20,000 nucleotides of DNA, taken from sequence record SRR31156797_760; one strand, given 5' to 3'. The notes under the pieces were generated by a model that made no database searches, was not told the origin of the DNA, and saw nothing but the letters and a program-made list of their open reading frames with translations. Position numbers and translations under genes: made by a program. Shown here one piece after another: positions 1 to 8,304 of this stretch. Numbering within the stretch: the stretch's first letter is position 1; each line of letters opens with the position of its first letter.

Positions 1-621
1 ATAGCTGCAACAAGAAGAGAATGGGAATCGAAAACACTTCCCATCCGCATCCCCATCATAAAAGGACTTTTAGGATATCGTCTTTTCCTCATTAATAAAA
101 AGGATGCTCGCCTTTTTAAAAATATTGAAAATATTGAAATATTGAAAAAACTCAGAGCAGGGTCAGGACAACAATGGACCACAACCGCAGTTCTCCTAGA
201 CGCTGGCTTCACAGTTATTACCGGATCAGATTATGAGGGGCTTTTCGGCATGCTCGAAGCAAACCGATTTGACTATTTTCCACGCGGAATCAATGAAATC
301 TATTTTGAACTGGAAGCACAAAAACAAAAACACCCCGATTTGGACATCGACTCAGCATTGGCTCTTTACTTCCCCACTCCAAGCTATTTTTTCATATCCC
401 CTCAACATCCACATTTGGCTGATCGAATCCAACGGGGACTGGAAATTCTCATTCAAACAGGCGAATTCGACACAATGTTCAATAAAGAATTTGCCACATC
501 CATATCGCGTGCAAAGTTGAACAGTCGAAAATTATTCATAATCGAAAATCCTTTTTTGACCGATAAAACTCCTTTTGATCGACCAGAACTCTGGTTTTCC
601 CCTGATGTTTCGTCCCAGTAA
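1..621 (+). CDS. Family-3-like periplasmic solute-binding protein, 5'-truncated by the window edge
   Basis: Frame 1 is open from base 1 (IAATRREWESKTLPIRIPIIKGLLGYRLFLI...) through GLFGMLEANRFDYFPRG and YFFISPQHPHLADRIQRGL to TAA at 619-621. These motifs are typical of type-2 periplasmic binding fold proteins. Confidence 0.8.
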   Translation: MAATRREWESKTLPIRIPIIKGLLGYRLFLINKKDARLFKNIENIEILKKLRAGSGQQWTTTAVLLDAGFTVITGSDYEGLFGMLEANRFDYFPRGINEIYFELEAQKQKHPDLDIDSALALYFPTPSYFFISPQHPHLADRIQRGLEILIQTGEFDTMFNKEFATSISRAKLNSRKLFIIENPFLTDKTPFDRPELWFSPDVSSQ

Positions 622-671
622 AGGGTCAACAACAAAACCATTTCTTCCCTTAGAATCGCCACCGATCCTTC

Positions 672-715
672 TGTGCAAAAATCAGCGCACAAGGAGTGCA
701 CAGACATGCACTCCT
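672..715 (+). promoter_or_regulatory. Putative enhancer (UAS) for a sigma54 activator
   Basis: Perfect inverted repeat AGGAGTGCA-cagaca-TGCACTCCT (692-715, core GTGCA-N6-TGCAC) plus upstream GTGCA and GCGCAC half-sites, about 60 bp upstream of a -24/-12 element. Confidence 0.7.
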
Positions 716-772
716 GCACATTTCACATTTTATCAATTTTCTTAACACACTACTATACCTCAACATTAATCT

Positions 773-788
773 TGGCACGCCTCCTGCT
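773..788 (+). promoter_or_regulatory. Sigma54 (-24/-12) promoter of the SHOCT gene
   Basis: TGGCACGCCTCCTGCT has GG-N10-GC and matches the TGGCACG-N4-TTGCW consensus with one mismatch. It lies 34 bp upstream of ATG 823. Confidence 0.8.
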
Positions 789-822
789 ACTCTTCAGTAA
801 AAGCACGAGCGAGGTAACACAT

Positions 823-1101
823 ATGGAATTTTTTAATACAATAGGTAATTGGTGTGGTGGGCCTGCCTTCTGGCAGGGTAGCGGTCACGGAATGGGCGGA
901 TGGATGCCCTTCCATTTTGGCGGCATATTCCAACTCATCATTATCGGACTCATCATATATTTTACGGTCCGCATGTTTCGAAAACCCGCCACGAATGGCG
1001 GACCGGGCAGAGCTGAAGACATTCTCAAGCGCAGGTACGCAGCCGGAGAAATCGACACACAAACCTATGAAGCCATGAAAAAGGATTTACAAAATATTTA
1101 G
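823..1101 (+). CDS. Small membrane protein with C-terminal SHOCT domain (92 aa)
   Basis: RBS GAGGT at 811-815 before ATG 823. Gly/His/Met/Trp-rich N-terminus, one TM helix (IFQLIIIGLIIYFTV) and the SHOCT signature AEDILKRRYAAGEIDTQTYEAMKKDL. Confidence 0.85.
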   Translation: MEFFNTIGNWCGGPAFWQGSGHGMGGWMPFHFGGIFQLIIIGLIIYFTVRMFRKPATNGGPGRAEDILKRRYAAGEIDTQTYEAMKKDLQNI

Positions 1102-1128
1102 CGATTGAACAACCACCTCCCCATGACA

Positions 1129-1161
1129 AAGCCCCCGCCGAATCTCTTCCGGCGGGGGCTT
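1129..1161. terminator. Likely bidirectional intrinsic terminator between the convergent SHOCT gene and gltX
   Basis: 12-bp perfect stem AAGCCCCCGCCG / CGGCGGGGGCTT with a 9-nt loop and short T tracts on both strands. Confidence 0.7.
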
Positions 1162-1229
1162 CCTCTATACGATTACAGGACTCTCCCTCACGCTATAAAG
1201 TCTGAGAGAGAGCTGGCTGACATACAGTT

Positions 1230-2627
1230 TTACAGTTCAATAGCTCGCTTCATACGGGCCAAGGTCTGCTCTTTGCCAAGCACGATCATGGTCTCGAACA
1301 ACCCGGGGGACTGGGTTTTGCCCATGATTGCCACACGAATGGGCTGAGCAATGATCTTGAACTTGATGTCCTTATCTTCAAGGAACTGACGATGCACATC
1401 CTCCAGAGACTTTTCGGTGAATTCGTCGAGGGCTTCAATACGCTCAGCGATCTCTTCCAGCAAAGGTTTGGTCTCTTCGGTAAGAAATTTCTTCACAGCC
1501 TTCTCATCGTACGGCAGGAAACTCGCATCCACGATAAACGGACGGGATTGTTCCAGCATGTCCACGATAGATTTGGCACGTGGTTGAAGCAACGGCGCGA
1601 CCTTGGCAAAATCGGCCTTGAATACACTGGCTGCCTCTTCCTCTCCCACTTCACGGGTCAGGAAGTCACACAACATTTCAGCCAAACGCTCGGGGTCGGC
1701 CTTCTGCATGTACTGACCGTTCACCCATTCGAACTTGGTCAGATCGAACACGGACGGCGAGTTGCCCAAATGGTCAGGGGAAAACAATTCCACCATTTCA
1801 TCCATGGTAAACAACTCCTGATCACCATGGGACCAACCAAGGCGAGCAAGATAGTTAGTCACGGCTTCAGGCAGGTAGCCCATCTTCTCGTATTCCATGA
1901 CCGAAAGTGCACCGTGACGCTTTGAAAGTTTTTTCTTATCCGGGCCAAGAATCATGGGAACATGACCGAACTGCGGCACATCCCATCCCATAGCGCGATA
2001 AATCAAAATCTGACGAGGGGTGTTATTCACATGGTCATCACCACGCATAACGTGGTTCACGCCCATATCGTGATCATCAACCACAACAGCCAAATTGTAA
2101 GTCGGAGTTCCATCGGAACGACGCAAAATCATGTCGTCCATTTCAATATTTTCGACATTGATCGGCCCTTTGACCATATCCGTAAAGCCGGTGGCCCCTT
2201 CCTGTGGCGTCTTGAGACGAACCACACCCTCGGTCAGCCCTTTCTCTCGACAGGTGCCGTCATATTTGGGCTTACGGCCTTCTTTCATGGCCTTTTCACG
2301 CATGGCGTCCACATCTTCCTTGGAACACTGACAGTAATAGGCATGACCGTTTGCGATGAGCTGATCAATGACCTCGTTATGCCGATCAGCACGGGTGGAC
2401 TGAAACACAATCTCGCCGTCATGCTCAAGACCAAGCCATTTCATAGAATCAATGATGGCGTCCGTAGCTTCCTGCGTGGACCGTTCACGGTCCGTATCCT
2501 CGATACGCAAACGGAATTCACCGCCTGTAGCACGAGCCAGAAGCCAGGAAAACAGTGCGGTACGAGCACCGCCAATATGCAAATACCCAGTCGGGCTGGG
2601 TGCAAAACGAGAAACGATCTTGGTCAT
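1230..2627 (-). CDS. gltX: Glutamate--tRNA ligase
   Basis: MTKIVSRFAPSPTGYLHIGGART (HIGH motif), LRIEDTD, YYCQCS, RGDDH and KLSKR (KMSKS motif). Start placed at ATG 2627, downstream of GGAGG. Confidence 0.97.
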   Translation of the reverse strand: MTKIVSRFAPSPTGYLHIGGARTALFSWLLARATGGEFRLRIEDTDRERSTQEATDAIIDSMKWLGLEHDGEIVFQSTRADRHNEVIDQLIANGHAYYCQCSKEDVDAMREKAMKEGRKPKYDGTCREKGLTEGVVRLKTPQEGATGFTDMVKGPINVENIEMDDMILRRSDGTPTYNLAVVVDDHDMGVNHVMRGDDHVNNTPRQILIYRAMGWDVPQFGHVPMILGPDKKKLSKRHGALSVMEYEKMGYLPEAVTNYLARLGWSHGDQELFTMDEMVELFSPDHLGNSPSVFDLTKFEWVNGQYMQKADPERLAEMLCDFLTREVGEEEAASVFKADFAKVAPLLQPRAKSIVDMLEQSRPFIVDASFLPYDEKAVKKFLTEETKPLLEEIAERIEALDEFTEKSLEDVHRQFLEDKDIKFKIIAQPIRVAIMGKTQSPGLFETMIVLGKEQTLARMKRAIEL

Positions 2628-2634
2628 GATGGGA

Positions 2635-2715
2635 TGCCTCCGGCGGCTCAAAAACCTTTTGCAAAAGATTCCCGAGCATCTCCAAAATTTTGTATTGCGC
2701 TTCGCAAGGGTGTGC
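2635..2715 (+). repeat. Possible degenerate Desulfovibrionaceae intergenic REP-like repeat
   Basis: GCCTCCGGCGGCTCAAAAACCTTTTGCAAAAG...CTCCAAAATTTT...GCGCTTCGC with an internal palindrome CTTTTGCAAAAG. It resembles GCCTCCGGCGGC-initiated repeats I recall from this family. Only one copy is present in the window. Confidence 0.4.
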
Positions 2716-2861
2716 AAACGCGATGGTTACTTCAATAAATATCTCAATGCCCCGAACATACGGGAAGACGGACTACTTCAAGTTACCCACGGTAGAATGG
2801 CTACAATGCGGATAATTTCAACCAATCCAACGATGCAGATGCATCGCTATCGAAAGCCGGG

Positions 2862-3083
2862 TTATACCGCCTCGACAGCTTTAACTTCGGGTATCTCTTT
2901 GAGAACAATACGTTCGATACCATTTCTCAGAGTCATCTGGGACATGGGGCATCCTTTACAGGCTCCGGTGAGCCGTACTTGGACCACACCGGAATCGGTG
3001 ATATCCACCAATTCCACGTCACCACCATCTGACTGCAACATGGGCCGGACTTTATCGAGAACAGCTTCAACTCTTTCACGCAT
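2862..3083 (-). CDS. NifU C-terminal (Nfu-type) Fe-S cluster carrier, single domain
   Basis: MRERVEAVLDKVRPMLQSDGGDVELV...LTGACKGCPMSQMTLRNGIE, containing the Nfu CxxC motif. GGAG RBS before ATG 3083. Confidence 0.92.
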   Translation of the reverse strand: MRERVEAVLDKVRPMLQSDGGDVELVDITDSGVVQVRLTGACKGCPMSQMTLRNGIERIVLKEIPEVKAVEAV

Positions 3084-3119
3084 GATATATATCTCCGTCA
3101 ATGTGTATTCGGACGTTGA

Positions 3120-3148
3120 GAAGTAAGGCTTTGAACCGAACCTGTCAA
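3120..3148 (-). promoter_or_regulatory. Possible sigma70 promoter for the NifU-C gene
   Basis: Perfect -35 TTGACA (3148-3143), a 17-nt spacer and a weak -10 TACTTC. Confidence 0.4.
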
Positions 3149-3186
3149 TTGGACCGGTGCAACACCGTCTGTTTTCGAGCGCCCTG

Positions 3187-4254
3187 CTATTGTTTGATCA
3201 AAACCTGAAAAGCTTCTTCCAATTCTTCATCCAAATCCTCGACCATTTCATCGATACGATCCGGCGTCAGCCCCATGGAAGCCCATATCTCCATATTCGG
3301 CGGCTGAACAAAAAACTCACCACTGGAGCCGATACCGAGGCCAGTGGCAATAGTTTCAGCGCAATGCACGAGTGCAGGTTCTGCCTCTTTCTGACCCAGC
3401 TTGGGATGATGATGCTCCAGCACTGCGGCCACAAGAACGAACGGGAAATTCCACTTTCTCAATAACATGCCGCCCAAGGTCGCATGATCAAAACCAAGCA
3501 AATTTTTCTCTTCGGCAAACAGAAGAGTATCCTTATCCCGTGCATGGGCATGTACAGCTGCAACTCTTTCCGGCTCAGCCTGCAACATGATCAACTGGCC
3601 AATGTCGTGCAGCAATCCCGACACAAATGCCCGCTCCGGGTCACCTTGACCGGTAATACGGCATAACCGTCTGGCAATCAGTCCACAGGCCACTGAATGT
3701 TTCCAGAACTGCTCCATATCAAGCACTTCTTCGGGAATATCCTTGAACAGACTTATGACCGAAGTGCCCACTGCCAAAGTGGAAAGTTGGTTTACGCCAA
3801 CAACCGTAACCGCACGGGAAATAGTATCGATCTGCATGGGCAAACTGTAAAATGCAGAGTTGACCATACGCAAAAGAAAGGCCGTCAATCCGGGGTCCTG
3901 ACTGATTATTTCGGCCAAATCGTCCGCCGAGGTAGATTCACTGGAAATAGCCTGTTGCAATTCCAGAAACACCTGAGGCAAAGCTGGAAGTTGATGATCC
4001 TGACGCAAAATATCCAACGGGTCCAGCGGGGAGACATCAGGTATCACCCTGTCAGACTCAACAGATGCGTATCTTTCAGGACTGGCCGTCATGTCTCGGG
4101 CAACGTGGGTCGCACCGATCCATGCCAGTCTTTTCATGGATTCATCGGGTTTCTTGATATATTTGTATCGCTTGACAAGCAGCGCCTTCGCGGCCTCAAG
4201 CATTTCCGGTGCGATATCATCTCCATTGCCATTATAGACGGTGTCGTCTGCCAT
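3187..4254 (-). CDS. HDOD domain signal-transduction protein
   Basis: LPALPQV, IISQDPGLTAFLLRMVNSAFY, FWKHSVACG, GLLHDIG and GFDHATLGGMLLRKWNFP are classic HDOD motifs. GAGG RBS upstream. Confidence 0.92.
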   Translation of the reverse strand: MADDTVYNGNGDDIAPEMLEAAKALLVKRYKYIKKPDESMKRLAWIGATHVARDMTASPERYASVESDRVIPDVSPLDPLDILRQDHQLPALPQVFLELQQAISSESTSADDLAEIISQDPGLTAFLLRMVNSAFYSLPMQIDTISRAVTVVGVNQLSTLAVGTSVISLFKDIPEEVLDMEQFWKHSVACGLIARRLCRITGQGDPERAFVSGLLHDIGQLIMLQAEPERVAAVHAHARDKDTLLFAEEKNLLGFDHATLGGMLLRKWNFPFVLVAAVLEHHHPKLGQKEAEPALVHCAETIATGLGIGSSGEFFVQPPNMEIWASMGLTPDRIDEMVEDLDEELEEAFQVLIKQ

Positions 4255-4375
4255 AAATCATTCCTCAGGTTTTATGAAGCGAGCCGAGTATTAACCCTAA
4301 AAGAAAAACCCGGGAAGAAAAAGCGGTTTATATTATATGATCATATGATGAGGTGATAGGGAGATACTTCCTCTC

Positions 4376-5617
4376 TTACAATAATTGAAAATTGTACTGG
4401 AATCTCAAACGCACCTGATAACCATCCCGGCCACCGAGGTCTTCGTCTGCATCCTGATAAGACCAACGATTAAGAATGGATAACCCCTCTAAGTCACCGT
4501 CAAACGCATACCCCAAATTCAAATTATATTCATTTCGATCAAAGGACGCATTGTCGCCGGAATCCGGCGTGTCACCAAAACCAGTCTTGATATTGGCAGT
4601 AAATCCATCGGCACCCAGCCGACTGAAATCGTAGGCAGCTCCCAGATATAAAGCTTTTTCACCAGCCCGGTTAAACGCGTAACTCATCAGATTGTTGAAA
4701 AAAGGATAGTTACCCCATGAATTACGAATACCGGCCGAGTTACCGACAACAGTTCCACCCACGTCAAAGGTAAAACCGCTGAAGGTGATGCCACCCTTAA
4801 GCCCACCTTCGGCCGTGCCATATCCCCCGGCCCGTTCATCACCGACACTGCGTTGATCAACACCCTGAAACAACACGGTAAAGCCAACGCCTTTGGGGTC
4901 GCCAAAGGCATACCCTGCCTGAGTAAAAAACGTATTATCCAAATCAGGCGCATAGTAGTTCCAGAATCTCAACGGGAATTTTTCGACGGGGGTCCAGTCC
5001 GCACCAGCCATCAAAACGCCACCGTCCGTTCCGTCCAAACCAGCCATGTCAGACATGGATTTGAAGAGTTCGGTGTCCCGCGCCTTTTCCTTGTCCACCC
5101 AGTACAGACTCCAGGTCAGATTTTCGACATCGCCTGATTTGATGCCATAGGCCTCATAGGTCTGGGGGATCATGCGACTGTCGTTACTGTTAATAAACGG
5201 AGTTTCAAGACGTTGCCGCCACAACCGCATTTCAGTCTGGGAATACCGGGCTTTAAAATATGCTTCGCCGAGCACGGCAAACCCTTCATTGTTGCTGGTC
5301 AACAGTCCGGTACCGCCCTCATCCGCCTGATTCAATTCGCCGGACAACGGAGCTGTGCCATATACGGCAGCACCAAAACCAAACATATCGGCCAGCCACG
5401 GGGTTTCGTATTTAAGAAAGCCACCCAAGGCCAATGACTCTTTGATATTGTCAAAATCATCACCCGTGGTTTTATTGCGCTGAGTAAAATAATACATCCG
5501 AGCCTGACCGGTCACAGTGCCATATTTCGACACGGTCTTTTCCGCGGCCAATACGGGAAATGAAAACAGAATGAGACACAGAACCATAAGGAAGATACAG
5601 ACTTTATTATTTCTCAT
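4376..5617 (-). CDS. OprD-family outer-membrane porin
   Basis: Signal peptide, LGEAYFK, RQRLETPFINSNDSRMIPQTYE (OprD-like motif), amphipathic beta strands and an aromatic C-terminal strand (LRFQYNF). GGAG RBS before ATG 5617. Confidence 0.85.
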   Translation of the reverse strand: MRNNKVCIFLMVLCLILFSFPVLAAEKTVSKYGTVTGQARMYYFTQRNKTTGDDFDNIKESLALGGFLKYETPWLADMFGFGAAVYGTAPLSGELNQADEGGTGLLTSNNEGFAVLGEAYFKARYSQTEMRLWRQRLETPFINSNDSRMIPQTYEAYGIKSGDVENLTWSLYWVDKEKARDTELFKSMSDMAGLDGTDGGVLMAGADWTPVEKFPLRFWNYYAPDLDNTFFTQAGYAFGDPKGVGFTVLFQGVDQRSVGDERAGGYGTAEGGLKGGITFSGFTFDVGGTVVGNSAGIRNSWGNYPFFNNLMSYAFNRAGEKALYLGAAYDFSRLGADGFTANIKTGFGDTPDSGDNASFDRNEYNLNLGYAFDGDLEGLSILNRWSYQDADEDLGGRDGYQVRLRFQYNFQLL

Positions 5618-5665
5618 GATAACTCCAAAATTTGCTGGACACAGTACAAGCAATCCCATTCGAAA

Positions 5666-6082
5666 CTATTGCCGTTTCAAGACAAAAGAATAACTGCCGC
5701 CGCACGCGAAAACGCCGTCGCTCCACTGCCATAAAGTCTTCCCCGTTGCAGATTGATTATTTTCAAACGTTATGTCCACAATTTCGGTAAGATATCCACC
5801 GTCTTTCATATATGTCGCCCGCAGATGTGCCTTGTTCGGCATATCCGGCAGAAACTTACCCACATACCGAACATGAGGTCTCTGCGGCACAATAATGATA
5901 GACTTTTCACCTTTGAGAATCTCAATGGTATAATTCCCGACAGGGTCCCAACCGAGGTCTTCACACTGAGTCTCGGCACTCGTGACATCAGCCAACCATT
6001 TGCCACTCAGGTCCTCGGCAAATGCTCCGTTGGCAATCAAAAGAAGAGTAAAAACACATATGAGAATATTTAATTTTTTCAT
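5666..6082 (-). CDS. Secreted hypothetical beta-rich protein (138 aa)
   Basis: Strong RBS AAGGAG, signal peptide ending AFA, two Cys in the mature part, and a start 10 bp after the cstA stop. Confidence 0.8.
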   Translation of the reverse strand: MKKLNILICVFTLLLIANGAFAEDLSGKWLADVTSAETQCEDLGWDPVGNYTIEILKGEKSIIIVPQRPHVRYVGKFLPDMPNKAHLRATYMKDGGYLTEIVDITFENNQSATGKTLWQWSDGVFACGGSYSFVLKRQ

Positions 6083-6092
6083 GTTTTTCTCC

Positions 6093-7520
6093 TTACTCCG
6101 TGTAGTCGATGGCTGCCGAGGCCGCAGCCTCTCCTGTCCGATACCGCAAGAACAGAATTAATGAAATCACGGAAACAGCTATACCGACGCCTGTAGCAAC
6201 GGGCATGGGTAAATTGAATCCAATCTGAGCATAACAGAGGAATGTCGTGACAACACAAGTCATGAATAATGCTGGAATCGTCGTCAGCCAATGGCTCTTG
6301 CCCACCATGGCGAGGTGTGCCGAAGCCGCCCACAATACGATGGCCGCCATTGTCTGGTTGGCCCACCCAAAATAGCGCCAAATCAAACCGAATTCCGTCA
6401 ATGACACCATGAATCCGACAAGAAAAAGCGGAACCGCGATAAAAATGCGCTTCATATTTTCTTTCTGAGACAGCCCCATGAAATCCGCGATGATTAACCG
6501 GGCACTTCTGAAAGCCGTGTCACCCGAAGTAACGGGGAGCAAAACCACTCCAATAACAGCCAGAATACCGCCAAATGCACCGAGGAGTTCAGTGGATACC
6601 GTGTTCACCACCAGAGCTGGACCGCCGGTTCCCAATACTTCGTTGAGTTCCTCAGGAGTATCGAAAAACGCAATAGCCAATGACGCCCAGATAATGGCGA
6701 TGATGCCCTCTGCAATCATACCGCCGTAAAAGACCATGTGCCCGTATTTTTCATTGGGCAGACAACGAGCCATCATTGGCGACTGTGTGGCATGAAATCC
6801 ACTGATCGCACCACAGGCGATAGTGATGAAGACCAACGGCCAAAGCGGCAGGTCTTGCGGATTGGTGTGTGTAAACAGGGTCGAACTCTCGAACGAATAC
6901 CCTTTGGCTATCATCATCACAGCCAATCCAACGGCCATGAAAATAAGGATAGCACCGAAGATGGGATAAATGCGCCCGATGACCTTATCCACTGGCAAAA
7001 TAGTGGCTATGAAATAATAGATAAAAATGATGACCACCCACATCTGAGTGGAAAAATCCGTCAAATTCTGAAGCAAACCGGCTGGGCCGAGCACGAAGAC
7101 GATCCCTACTAAAACGAGCAGGACCACGGAGAAACCACGCATGAACTGCTGAAATCCTTTGCCAAGGGTCAACCCCACGACATCGGGAATACTACGCCCA
7201 CCATGTCTGACCGAAAGCATACCGGAAAAGAAATCATGTACTGCACCGCCGAAAATACACCCGACAACGATCCAGACAAGGGCAATGGGACCATAGAGCG
7301 CACCCAGTATCGGACCGAAAATCGGCCCCAATCCTGCGATATTCAACAACTGAATAAGAAAGACTTTCCAGACCGGCATTTCCACATAATCCACGCCGTC
7401 GGTCATCGTCTTGGCCGGAGTCGGCCTTCCGGGATCAATTCCAAAAACTTTTGCGACAAACGATCCGTAAATAAAATAACCAAGTATAAGCAGTATGATG
7501 GAACCAAAAAACAACGACAT
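6093..7520 (-). CDS. cstA: Carbon starvation protein A family transporter (CstA/BtsT-like, short form)
   Basis: TPAKTMTDGVDYVEM, IAGLGPIFGPILG, GGAVHDF, ITIACGAISGFHATQSP, TSGDTAFRSAR and WRYFGWANQ, with many TM helices. GGAGG RBS before ATG 7520. Confidence 0.93.
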   Translation of the reverse strand: MSLFFGSIILLILGYFIYGSFVAKVFGIDPGRPTPAKTMTDGVDYVEMPVWKVFLIQLLNIAGLGPIFGPILGALYGPIALVWIVVGCIFGGAVHDFFSGMLSVRHGGRSIPDVVGLTLGKGFQQFMRGFSVVLLVLVGIVFVLGPAGLLQNLTDFSTQMWVVIIFIYYFIATILPVDKVIGRIYPIFGAILIFMAVGLAVMMIAKGYSFESSTLFTHTNPQDLPLWPLVFITIACGAISGFHATQSPMMARCLPNEKYGHMVFYGGMIAEGIIAIIWASLAIAFFDTPEELNEVLGTGGPALVVNTVSTELLGAFGGILAVIGVVLLPVTSGDTAFRSARLIIADFMGLSQKENMKRIFIAVPLFLVGFMVSLTEFGLIWRYFGWANQTMAAIVLWAASAHLAMVGKSHWLTTIPALFMTCVVTTFLCYAQIGFNLPMPVATGVGIAVSVISLILFLRYRTGEAAASAAIDYTE

Positions 7521-7618
7521 TGGGGCCTCCGCACGCGCATTTATTGAACCGACGAGGGACAATCAGCGCGTACGCTACACCAATATAGTAAAAAAAGTAA
7601 AGAAAAGGAGAATCTTAC

Positions 7619-8245
7619 TCAGAGGACAAAATGCGGATTATTTTCTTTTTCATGAATCACCGATGTCATGGGACCATGACCGGAATAAATTCGCGTGGCA
7701 TCAGGCAATATAAAAATGCGTGAACGGATTGACCTAAGAAGCTCTGACGAACTCCCCCGAGGCAGGTCTGTCCGACCAACCGCGATCATAAAGATGAGAT
7801 CGCCCACAAAGACGCAACCCGCCGCCGGAAAGAAAAAGGAAAGACTGCCCGGAGTATGCCCCGGCGTATCAAGAACGAGCATGTCGTGTCCAAGAACCTT
7901 ACGCCGCCCCGGACCTATCTCTTCAAAAGGAAATTCCAAAAACTCGACAAGTTCTCGACACCCGCCCGCTTCAATAGACAAGTCCTTCATAAACTCATCA
8001 ACACCACTGATAAAAACCGGCGCGGGACACTCTTCAAGAAGTTCCTGAACCCCACCCACATGATCTATATGGAAATGAGTAATATAGATGCCGGTCAACT
8101 TCAGTCCCAACTCTTTGATGCGCTGAATGAGTCGCTGAGGCTCAGTCCCCACATCAATAACCACGGCTTCACCATCCACGCTGAGCAGATAGCAATTGGT
8201 CTCTTCCATACCAAGGACAAATGTTTCAACAGTCAGTTTGCTCAT
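7619..8245 (-). CDS. MBL-fold metallo-hydrolase (glyoxalase II/YcbL-like)
   Basis: TNCYL, THFHIDHVGG (HxHxDH), TPGHTPG, VGDLIF, GRTDLP and SGHGP. The start could alternatively be at 8269. Confidence 0.92.
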   Translation of the reverse strand: MSKLTVETFVLGMEETNCYLLSVDGEAVVIDVGTEPQRLIQRIKELGLKLTGIYITHFHIDHVGGVQELLEECPAPVFISGVDEFMKDLSIEAGGCRELVEFLEFPFEEIGPGRRKVLGHDMLVLDTPGHTPGSLSFFFPAAGCVFVGDLIFMIAVGRTDLPRGSSSELLRSIRSRIFILPDATRIYSGHGPMTSVIHEKENNPHFVL

Positions 8246-8304
8246 GCTTGACGAACGACTCCGGTTCATGAAAGTTTTAAGAATACCAACATCAAGGATG
8301 AAGA

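Noticed and set aside
673-822. 50-codon N-terminal extension of the SHOCT ORF
   Set aside because: It spans the enhancer and sigma54 promoter, and the RBS supports ATG 823.
2831-2846. Palindrome CGATGCA-GA-TGCATCG as a third enhancer site
   Set aside because: The spacer is 2 nt rather than 6 and I found no -24/-12 box nearby. It is more likely a small hairpin after the NifU-C stop.
1392-3126. Long + strand ORFs (177, 258 and 224 aa) opposite gltX and the NifU-C gene
   Set aside because: Antisense shadows of well-supported genes, with no recognisable motifs.
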